A stretch of DNA of 64,000 nt from the human T2T-CHM13v2.0 reference genome, Homo sapiens. Under the pieces are notes generated by a model. It was not told the origin of the DNA. It was given only the letters and a program-made list of their open reading frames with translations, and did no database searches. This document shows positions 26,501 to 38,041 of the stretch, piece after piece. Every line of letters begins with the position of its first letter. Position 1 is the stretch's first letter. Where the stretch lies: NCBI RefSeq assembly GCF_009914755.1, contig NC_060929.1. One strand, written 5' to 3'. A program made the position numbers and the translations under genes.

Positions 26501-29500
26501 GTGCAATTGGCAAGTGGAGATTTCAAGCGCTTTAAGGTCAATGGCAGAAAAGGAAATATCTTCGTTTCAAAACTAGACAGAATCATTCCCAAAAACTGCG
26601 TTGTGATGTGTTCGTTCATCTCACAGAGTTTAACCTTTCTTTTCATAGAGCAGTTAGGAAACAGTCTGTTTGTAAATTCTGTAAGTGGATATTCTGACAT
26701 CTTGTGGCCTTCGTTGGAAACGGGATTTCTTCATATTCTGCTAGACAGAAGAATTCTCAGAATCTTCCTTGTGTTGTGTGTATTCAACTCACAGAGTTGA
26801 ACGATGGTTTACACAGAGCAGATTTGAAACACTCTTTTTGTGGAATTTGCAAGTGGAGATTTCAGCCGCTTTGAGGTCAATGGTAGAAAAGGAAATATCT
26901 TCGTATAAAAACTAGACAGAATGATTCTCAGAAACTTCTTTGTGATGTGTGCGTTCAACTCACAGAGTTTAACCTTTCTTTTCATAGAGTAGTTAGGAAA
27001 CACTCTGTTTGTAAACTCTGCAAGTGGATATTCAGACCTCTTTGAGGCCTTCGTTGGAAACGGGATTTCTTCATACTGTGCTAGACAGAAGAATTCTCAG
27101 TAACTTCCTTGTGTTGTGTGTATTCAACTCACAGAGTTGACCGATCCTTTACACAGAGCAGACTTGTAACACTCTTTTTGTGGAATTTGCAAGTGGAGAT
27201 TTCAGCCGCTTTGAAGTCAAAGGTAGAAAAGGGAATATCTTCCTATAAAAACTAGACAGAATGATTCTCAGAAACTCCTTTGTGATGTGTGCGTTCAACT
27301 CACAGAGTTTAACCTTTCTTTTCATAGAGTAGTTAGGAAACACTCTGTTTGTAAAGTCTGCAAGTGGATATTCAGACCTCTTTGAGGCCTTCGTTGGAAA
27401 CGGGTTTTTTTCATATAAGGCTAGACAGAAGAATTCCCAGTAACTTCCTTTTGTTGTGTGTGTTCAACTCACAGAGTTGAACTTTCATTTACACAGAGCA
27501 GATTTGAAACACTCTTTTTGTGGAATTTGCAGGTGGAGATTTCAAGCGCTTTGAGGCCAAAGGCAGAAAAGGAAATATCTTCGTATAAAAACTAGACAGA
27601 ATCATTCTCAGAAACTGCTCTGCGATGTGTGCGTTCAACTCTCAGAGTTTAACTTTTCTTTTCATTCAGCAGTTTGGAAACACTCTGTTTGTAAAGTCTG
27701 CACGTGGATAATTTGACCACTTAGAGGCCTTCGTTGGAAACGGGTTTTTTTCATGTAAGGCTAGACAGAAGAATTCTCAGTAACTTCCTTGTGTTGTGTG
27801 TATTCAACTCACAGAGTTGAACGATCCTTTACACAGAGCAGACTTGTAACACTCTTTTTGTGGAATTTGCAAGTGGAGATTTCAGCCGCTTTGAAGTCAA
27901 AGGTAGAAAAGGAAATATCTTCCTATAAAAACTAGACAGAATGATTCTCAGAAACTCCTTTGTGATGTGTGCGTTCAACTCACAGAGTTTAACCTTTCTT
28001 TTCATAGAGCAGTTAGGAAACACTCTGCTTGTAAAGTCTGCAAGTGGATATTCAGCCCTCTTTGAGGCCTTCGTTGGAAACGGGTTTTTTTCATATAAGG
28101 CTAGACAGAAGAATTCCCAGTAACTTCCTTGTGTTGTGTGTGTTCAACTCACAGAGTTGAACTTTCATTTACACAGAGCAGATTTGAAACACTCTTTTTG
28201 TGGAATTTGCAAGTGGAGATTTCAAGCGCTTTGAGGCCAAAGGCAGAAAAGGAAATATCTTCGTATAAAAACTAGACAGAATGATTCTCAGAAACTTCTT
28301 TGTGATGTGTGCGTTCAACTCACAGAGTTTAACCTTTCTTTTCATAGAGCAGTTAGGAAACACTCTGTTTGTAAACTCTGCAAGTGGATATTCAGACCTC
28401 TTTGAGGCCTTCGTTGGAAACGGGACTTCTTCATACTGTGCTAGACAGAAGAATTCTCAGTAACTTCCTTGTGTTGTGTGTATTCAACTCACAGAGTTGA
28501 ACGATCCTTTACACAGAGCAGACTTGAAACACTCTTTTTGTGGAATTTGCAAGTGGAGATTTCAGCCGCGTTGAGGTCAATGGTAGAAAAGGAAATATCT
28601 TCGTATAAAAACTAGACAGAATGATTCTCAGAAACTCCTTTGAGATGTGTGTGTTCAACTCACAGAGTTTAACCTTTCTTTTCATAGAGCAGTTAGGAAT
28701 CACTCTGTTTGTAAAGTCTGCAAGTGGATATTCAGACCTCTTTGAGGCCTTCGTTGGAAACGGGTTTTTTTCATATAAGGCTAGAGAGAAGAATTCCCAG
28801 TAACTTCCTTGTGTTGTGTGTGTTCAACGCACAGAGTTGAACTTTCATTTACACAGAGCAGATTTGAAACACTCTTTTTGTGGAATTTGCAAGTGGAGAT
28901 TTCAAGCGCTGTGAGGCCAAAGGCAGAAAAGGAAATATCTTCGTATAAAAACTAGACAGAATCATTCTCAGAAACTGCTCTGCGATGTGTGCGTTCAACT
29001 CTCAGAGTTTAACTTTTCTTTTCATTCAGCAGTTTGGAAACACTCTGTTTGTAAAGTCTGCACGTGGATAATTTGACCACTTAGAGGCCTTCGTTGGAAA
29101 CGGGTTTTTTTCATGTAAGGCTAGACAGAAGAATTCTCAGTAACTTCCTTGTGTTGTGTGTATTCAACTCACACAGTTGAACGATCCTTTACACAGAGCA
29201 GACTTGTAACACTCTTTTTGTGGAATTTGCAAGTGGAGATTTCAGCCGCTTTGAAGTCAAATGTAGAAAAGGAAATATCTTCCTATAAAAACTAGACAGA
29301 ATGATTCTCAGAAACTCCTTTGTGATGTGTGCGTTCAACTCACAGAGTTTAACCTTTCTTTTCATAGAGCAGTTAGGAAACACTCTGTTTGTAAAGTCTG
29401 CAAGTGGATATTCAGACCTCTTTGAGGCCTTCGTTGGAAACGGGTTTTTTTCATATAAGGCTAGACAGAAGAATTCCCAGTAACTTCCTTGTGTTGTGTG

Positions 29501-31251
29501 TGTTCAACTCACAGAGTTGAACTTTCATTTACACAGAGCAGATTTGAAACACTCTTTTTGTGGAATTTGCAAGTGGAGATTTCAAGCGCTTTGAGGCCAA
29601 AGGCAGAAAAGGAAATATCTTCGTATAAAAACTAGACAGAATCATTCTCAGAAACTGCTCTGTGATGTGTGCGTTCAACTCTCAGAGTTTAACTTTTCTT
29701 TTCATTCAGCAGTTTGGAAACACTCTGTTTGTAAAGTCTGCACGTGGATAATTTGACCACTTAGAGGCCTTCTTTGGAAACGGGTTTTTTTCATGTAAGG
29801 CTAGACAGAAGAGTTCTCAGTAACTTCCTTGTGTTGTGTGTATTCAACTCACACAGTTGAACGGTCCTTTACACAGAGCAGACTTGTAACACTCTTTTTG
29901 TGGAATTTGCAAGTGGAGATTTCAGCCGCTTTGAAGTCAAAGTAGAAAAGGAAATATCTTCCTATAAAAACTAGACAGAATGATTCTCAGAAACTCCTTT
30001 GTGATGTGTGCGTTCAACTCACAGAGTTTAACCTTTCTTTTCATAGAGCAGTTAGGAAACACTCTGTTTGTAAAGTCTGCAAGTGGATATTCAGACCTCT
30101 TTGAGGCCTTCGTTGGAAACGGGTTTTTTTCATATAAGGCTAGACAGAAGAATTCCCAGTAACTTCCTTGTGTTGTGTGTGTTCAACTCACAGAGTTGAA
30201 CTTTCATTTACACAGAGCAGATTTGAAACACTCTTTTTGTGGAATTTGCAGGTGGAGATTTCAAGCGCTTTGAGGCCAAAGGCAGAAAAGGAAATATCTT
30301 CGTATAAAAACTAGACAGAATCATTCTCAGAAACTGATGTGTGCGTTCAACTCTCAGAGTTTAACTTTTCTTTTCATTCAGCAGTTTGGAAACACTCTGT
30401 TTGTAAAGTCTGCACGTGGATAATTTGACCACTTAGAGGCCTTCGTTGGAAACGGGTTTTTTTCATGTAAGGCTAGACAGAAGAATTCTCAGTAACTTCC
30501 TTGTGTTGTGTGTATTCAACTCACAGAGTTGAACGATCCTTTACACAGAGCAGACTTGTAACACTCTTTTTGTGGAATTTGCAAGTGGAGATTTCAGCCG
30601 CTTTGAAGTCAAAGGTAGAAAAGGAAATATCTTCCTATAAAAACTAGACAGAATGATTCTCAGAAACTCCTTTGTGATGTGTGCGTTCAACTCACAGAGT
30701 TTAACCTTTCTTTTCATAGAGCAGTTAGGAAACACTCTGCTTGTAAAGTCTGCAAGTGGATATTCAGCCCTCTTTGAGGCCTTCGTTGGAAACGGGTTTT
30801 TTTCATATAAGGCTAGACAGAAGAATTCCCAGTAACTTCCTTGTGTTGTGTGTGTTCAACTCACAGAGTTGAACTTTGATTTACACAGAGCAGATTTGAA
30901 ACACTCTTTTTGTGGAATTTGCAAGTGGAGATTTCAAGCGCTTTGAGGCCAAAGGCAGAAAAGGAAATATCTTCGTATAAAAACTAGACAGAATCATTCT
31001 CAGAAACTGCTCTGCGAAGTGTGCGTTCAACTCTCAGAGTTTAACTTTTCTTTTCATTCAGCAGTTTGGAAACACTCTGTTTGTAAAGTCTGCACGTGGA
31101 TATTTTGACCACTTAGAGGCCTTCGTTGGAAACGGGTTTTTTTCCTGTAAGGCTAGACAGAAGAATTCCCAGTAACTTCCTTGTGTTGTGTACATTCAAC
31201 TCACAGAGTTGAACGCTCCCTTAGACAGAGCAGATTTGAAACACTCTTTTT
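26501..31251 (+). repeat. HOR unit 10, 28-mer fusion unit containing a B/Y hybrid dimer
   Basis: X-marker spacing 4751 bp; hybrid dimer at ~28200-28460; 7-bp deletion at ~30336. Confidence 0.88.
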
Positions 31252-34200
31252 GTGCAATTGGCAAGTGGAGATTTCAAGCGCTTTGAGGTCAATGGCAGAA
31301 AAGGAAATATCTTCGTTTCAAAACTAGACAGAATCATTCCCACAAACTGCGTTGTGATGTGTTCGTTCAACTCACAGGGTTTAACCTTTCTTTTCATAGA
31401 GCAGTTAGGAAACAGTCTGTTTGAAAATTCTGTAAGTGGATATTCTGACATCTTGTGGCCTTCGTTGGAAACGGGATTTCTTCATATTCTGCTAGACAGA
31501 AGAATTCTCAGAATCTTCCTTGTGTTGTGTGTATTCAACTCACAGAGTTGAACGATGGTTTACACAGAGCAGATTTGAAACACTCATTTGGTGGAATTTG
31601 CAAGTGGAGATTTCAGCCGCTTTGAGGTCAATGGTAGAAAAGGAAATATCTTCGTATAACAACTAGACAGAATGATTCTCAGAAACTTCTTTGTGATGTG
31701 TGTGTTCAACTCACAGAGTTTAACCTTTCTTTTCATAGAGCAGTTAGGAAACACTGTGTTTTTAAACTCTGCAAGTGGATATTCAGACCTCTTTGAGGCC
31801 TTCGTTAGAAACGGGTTTCTTCATACTGTGCTAGACAGAAGAATTCTCAGTAACTTCCTTGTGTTGTGTGTATTCAACTCACAGAGTTGAACGATCCTTT
31901 ACACAGAGCAGACTTGAAACACTCTTTTTGTGGAATTTGCAAGTGGAGATTTCAGCCGCGTTGAGGTCAATGGTAGAAAAGGAAATATCTTCATATAAAA
32001 ACTAGACAGAATGATTCTCAGAAACTCCTTTGAGATGTGTGTGTTCAACTCACAGAGTTTAACCTTTCTTTTCATAGAGCAGTTAGGAATCACTCTGTTT
32101 GTAAAGTCTGCAAGTGGATATTGAGACCTCTTTGAGGCCTTCGTTGGAAACGGGTTTTTTTCATATAAGGCTAGACAGAAGAATTCCCAGTAACTTCCTT
32201 GTGTTGTGTGTGTTCAACTCACAGAGTTGAACTTTCATTTACACAGAGCAGATTTGAAACACTCTTTTTGTGGAATTTGCAAATGGAGATTTCAAGCGCT
32301 TTGAGGCCAAAGGCAGAAAAGGAAATATCTTCGTATAAAAACTAGACAGAATCATTCTCAGAAACTGCTCTGCGATGTGTGCGTTCAACTCTCAGAGTTT
32401 AACTTTGCTTTTCATTCAGCAGTTTGGAAACACTCTGTTTGTAAAGTCTGCACGTGGATAATTTGACCACTTAGAGGCCTTCGTTGGAAACGGGTTTTTT
32501 TCATGTAAGGCTAGACAGAAGAATTCTCAGTAACTTCCTTGTGTTGTGTGTATTCAACTCACAGAGTTGAACGATCCTTTACACAGAGCAGACTTGTAAC
32601 ACTCTTTTTGTGGAATTTGCAAGTGGAGATTTCAGCCGCTTTGAAGTCAAAGGTAGAAAAGGAAATATCTTACTATAAAAACTACACAGAATGATTCTCA
32701 GAAACTCCTTTGTGATGTGTGCGTTCAACTCACAGAGTTTAACCTTTCTTTTCATAGAGGAGTTAGGAAACACTCTGTTTGTAAAGTCTGCAAGTGGATA
32801 TTCAGACCTCTTTGAGGCCTTCGTTGGAAACGGGTTTTTTTCATATAAGGCTAGACAGAAGAATTCCCAGTAACTTCCTTGTGTTGTGTGTGTTCAACTC
32901 ACAGAGTTGAACTTTCATTTACACAGAGCAGATTTGAAACACTCTTTTTGTGGAATTTGCAAGTGGAGATTTCAAGCGCTTTGAGGCCAAAGGCAGAAAA
33001 GGAAATATCTTCGTATAAAAACTAGACAGAATCATTCTCAGAAACTGCTCTGTGATGTGTGCGTTCAACTCTCAGAGTTTAACTTTTCTTTTCATTCAGC
33101 AGTTTGGAAACACTCTGTTTGTAAAGTCTGCACGTGGATAATTTGACCACTTAGAGGCCTTCGTTGGAAACGGGTTTTTTTCATGTAAGGCTAGACAGAA
33201 GAGTTCTCAGTAACTTCCTTGTGTTGTGTGTATCCAACTCACAGAGTTGAACGATCCTTTACACAGAGCAGACTTGTAACACTCTTTTTGTGGAATTTGC
33301 AAGTGGAGATTTCAGCCGCTTTGAAGTCAAAGTAGAAAAGGAAATATCTTCCTATAAAAACTAGACAGAATGATTCTCAGAAACTCCTTTGTGATGTGTG
33401 CGTTCAACTCACAGAGTTTAACCTTTCTTTTCATAGAGCAGTTAGGAAACACTCTGTTTGTAAAGTCTGCAAGTGGATATTCAGACCTCTTTGAGGCCTT
33501 CGTTGGAAACGGGTTTTTTTCATATAAGGCTAGACAGAAGAATTCCCAGTAACTTCCTTGTGTTGTGTGTGTTCAACTCACAGAGTTGAACTTTCATTTA
33601 CACAGAGCAGATTTGAAACACTCTTTTTGTGGAATTTGCAGGTGGAGATTTCAAGCGCTTTGAGGCCAAAGGCAGAAAAGGAAATATCTTCGTATAAAAA
33701 CTAGACAGAATCATTCTCAGAAACTGCTCTGCGATGTGTGCGTTCAACTCTCAGAGTTTAACTTTTCTTTTCATTCAGCAGTTTGGAAACACTCTGTTTG
33801 TAAAGTCTGCACGTGGATAATTTGACCACTTAGAGGCCTTCGTTGGAAACGGGTTTTTTTCATGTAAGGCTAGACAGAAGAATTCTCAGTAACTTCCTTG
33901 TGTTGTGTGTATTCAACTCACAGAGTTGAACGATCCTTTACACAGAGCAGACTTGTAACACTCTTTTTGTGGAATTTGCAAGTGGAGATTTCAGCCGCTT
34001 TGAAGTCAAAGGTAGAAAAGGAAATATCTTCCTATAAAAACTAGACAGAATGATTCTCAGAAACTCCTTTGTGATGTGTGCGTTCAACTCACAGAGTTTA
34101 ACCTTTCTTTTCATAGAGCAGTTAGGAAACACTCTGCTTGTAAAGTCTGCAAGTGGATATTCAGCCCTCTTTGAGGCCTTCGTTGGAAACGGGTTTTTTT

Positions 34201-34644
34201 CATATAAGGCTAGACAGAAGAATTCCCAGTAACTTCCTTGTGTTGTGTGTGTTCAACTCACAGAGTTGAACTTTGATTTACACAGAGCAGATTTGAAACA
34301 CTCTTTTTGTGGAATTTGCAAGTGGAGATTTCAAGCGCTTTGAGGCCAAAGGCAGAAAAGGAAATATCTTCGTATAAAAACTAGACAGAATCATTCTCAG
34401 AAACTGCTCTGTGATGTGTGCGTTCAACTCTCAGAGTTTAACTTTTCTTTTCATTCAGCAGTTTGGAAACACTCTGTTTGTAAAGTCTGCACGTGGATAT
34501 TTTGACCACTTAGAGGCCTTCGTTGGAAACGGGTTTTTTTCCTGTAAGGCTAGACAGAAGAATTCCCAGTAACTTCCTTGTGTTGTGTACATTCAACTCA
34601 CAGAGTTGAACGTTCCCTTAGAGCAGATTTGAAACACTCTTTTT
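31252..34644 (+). repeat. HOR unit 11, 20-mer
   Basis: X-marker spacing 3393 bp, including a 4-bp deletion at ~34621. Confidence 0.9.
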
Positions 34645-37600
34645 GTGCAATTGGCAAGTGGAGATTTCAAGCGCTTTAAGGTCAATGGCAGAAAAGGAAA
34701 TATCTTCGTTTCAAAACTAGGCAGAATCATTCCCACAAACTGCGTTGTGATGTGTTCGTTCATCTCAGAGAGTTTAACCTTTCTTTTCATAGAGCAGTTA
34801 GGAAACAGTCTGTTTGAAAATTCTGTAAGTGGATATTCTGACATCTTGTGGCCTTCGTTGGAAACGGGATTTCTTCATATTCTGCTAGACAGAAGAATTC
34901 TCAGAATCTTCCTTGTGTTGTGTGTATTCAACTCACAGAGTTGAACGATGGTTTACACAGAGCAGATTTGAAACACTCATTTGGTGGAATTTGCAAGTGG
35001 AGATTTCAGCCGCTTTGAGGTCAATGGTAGAAAAGGAAATATCTTCGTATAACAACTAGACAGAATGATTCTCAGAAACTTCTTTGTGATGTGTGTGTTC
35101 AACTCACACAGTTTAACCTTTCTTTTCATAGAGCAGTTAGGAAACACTGTGTTTTTAAACTCTGCAAGTGGATATTCAGACCTCTTTGAGGCCTTCGTTA
35201 GAAACGGGTTTCTTCATACTGTGCTAGACAGAAGAATTCTCAGTAACTTCCTTGTGTTGTGTGTATTCAACTCACAGAGTTGAACGATCCTTTACACAGA
35301 GCAGACTTGAAACACTCTTTTTGTGGAATTTGCAAGTGGAGATTTCAGCCGCGTTGAGGTCAATGGTAGAAAAGGAAATATCTTCGTATAAAAACTAGAC
35401 AGAATGATTCTCAGAAACTCCTTTGAGATGTGTGTGTTCAACTCACAGAGTTTAACCTTTCTTTTCATAGAGCAGTTAGGAATCACTCTGTTTGTAAAGT
35501 CTGCAAGTGGATATTCAGACCTCTTTGAGGCCTTCGTTGGAAACGGGTTTTTTTCATATAAGGCTAGACAGAAGAATTCCCAGTAACTTCCTTGTGTTGT
35601 GTGTGTTCAACTCACAGAGTTGAACTTTCATTTACACAGAGCAGATTTGAAACACTCTTTTTGTGGAATTTGCAAATGGAGATTTCAAGCGCTTTGAGGC
35701 CAAAGGCAGAAAAGGAAATATCTTCGTATAAAAACTAGACAGAATCATTCTCAGAAACTGCTCTGCGATGTGTGCGTTCAACTCTCAGAGTTTAACTTTG
35801 CTTTTCATTCAGCAGTTTGGAAACACTCTGTTTGTAAAGTCTGCACGTGGATAATTTGACCACTTAGAGGCCTTCGTTGGAAACGGGTTTTTTTCATGTA
35901 AGGCTAGACAGAAGAATTCTCAGTAACTTCCTTGTGTTGTGTGTATTCAACTCACAGAGTTGAACGATCCTTTACACAGAGCAGACTTGTAACACTCTTT
36001 TTGTGGAATTTGCAAGTGGAGATTTCAGCCGCTTTGAAGTCAAAGGTAGAAAAGGAAATATCTTACTATAAAAACTACACAGAATGATTCTCAGAAACTC
36101 CTTTGTGATGTGTGCGTTCAACTCACAGAGTTTAACCTTTCTTTTCATAGAGGAGTTAGGAAACACTCTGTTTGTAAAGTCTGCAAGTGGATATTCAGAC
36201 CTCTTTGAGGCCTTCGTTGGAAACGGGTTTTTTTCATATAAGGCTAGACAGAAGAATTCCCAGTAACTTCCTTGTGTTGTGTGTGTTCAACTCACAGAGT
36301 TGAACTTTCATTTACACAGAGCAGATTTGAAACACTCTTTTTGTGGAATTTGCAATTGGAGATTTCAAGCGCTTTGAGGCCAAAGGCAGAAAAGGAAATA
36401 TCTTCGTATAAAAACTAGACAGAATCATTCTCAGAAACTGCTCTGTGATGTGTGCGTTCAACTCTCAGAGTTTAACTTTTCTTTTCATTCAGCAGTTTGG
36501 AAACACTCTGTTTGTAAAGTCTGCACGTGGATAATTTGACCACTTAGAGGCCTTCGTTGGAAACGGGTTTTTTTCATGTAAGGCTAGACAGAAGAGTTCT
36601 CAGTAACTTCCTTGTGTTGTGTGTATTCAACTCACAGAGTTGAACGATCCTTTACACAGAGCAGACTTGTAACACTCTTTTTGTGGAATTTGCAAGTGGA
36701 GATTTCAGCCGCTTTGAAGTCAAAGTAGAAAAGGAAATATCTGCCTATAAAAACTAGACAGAATGATTCTCAGAAACTCCTTTGTGATGTGTGCGTTCAA
36801 CTCACAGAGTTTAACCTTTCTTTTCATAGAGCAGTTAGGAAACACTCTGTTTGTAAAGTCTGCAAGTGGATATTCAGACCTCTTTGAGGCCTTCGTTGGA
36901 AACGGGTTTTTTTCATATAAGGCTAGACAGAAGAATTCCCAGTAACTTCCTTGTGTTGTGTGTGTTCAACTCACAGAGTTGAACTTTCATTTACACAGAG
37001 CAGATTTGAAACACTCTTTTTGTGGAATTTGCAGGTGGAGATTTCAAGCGCTTTGAGGCCAAAGGCAGAAAAGGAAATATCTTCGTATAAAAACTAGACA
37101 GAATCATTCTCAGAAACTGCTCTGCGATGTGTGCGTTCAACTCTCAGAGTTTAACTTTTCTTTTCATTCAGCAGTTTGGAAACACTCTGTTTGTAAAGTC
37201 TGCACGTGGATAATTTGACCACTTAGAGGCCTTCGTTGGAAACGGGTTTTTTTCATGTAAGGCTAGACAGAAGAATTCTCAGTAACTTCCTTGTGTTGTG
37301 TGTATTCAACTCACAGAGTTGAACGATCCTTTACACAGAGCAGACTTGTAACACTCTTTTTGTGGAATTTGCAAGTGGAGATTTCAGCCGCTTTGAAGTC
37401 AAAGGTAGAAAAGGAAATATCTTCCTATAAAAACTAGACAGAATGATTCTCAGAAACTCCTTTGTGATGTGTGCGTTCAACTCACAGAGTTTAACCTTTC
37501 TTTTCATAGAGCAGTTAGGAAACACTCTGCTTGTAAAGTCTGCAAGTGGATATTCAGCCCTCTTTGAGGCCTTCGTTGGAAACGGGTTTTTTTCATATAA

Positions 37601-38041
37601 GGCTAGACAGAAGAATTCCCAGTAACTTCCTTGTGTTGTGTGTGTTCAACTCACAGAGTTGAACTTTGATTTACACAGAGCAGATTTGAAACACTCTTTT
37701 TGTGGAATTTGCAAGTGGAGATTTCAAGCGCTTTGAGGCCAAAGGCAGAAAAGGAAATATCTTCGTATAAAAACTAGACAGAATCATTCTCAGAAACTGC
37801 TCTGCGATGTGTGCGTTCAACTCTCAGAGTTTAAATTTTCTTTTCATTCAGCAGTTTGGAAACACTCTGTTTGTAAAGTCTGCACGTGGATATTTTGACC
37901 ACTTAGAGGCCTTCGTTGGAAACGGGTTTTTTTCCTGTAAGGCTAGACAGAAGAATTCCCAGTAACTTCCTTGTGTTGTGTACATTCAACTCACAGAGTT
38001 GAACGTTCCCTTAGACAGAGCAGATTTGAAACACTCTTTTT
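34645..38041 (+). repeat. HOR unit 12, 20-mer
   Basis: X-marker spacing 3397 bp. Confidence 0.9.
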
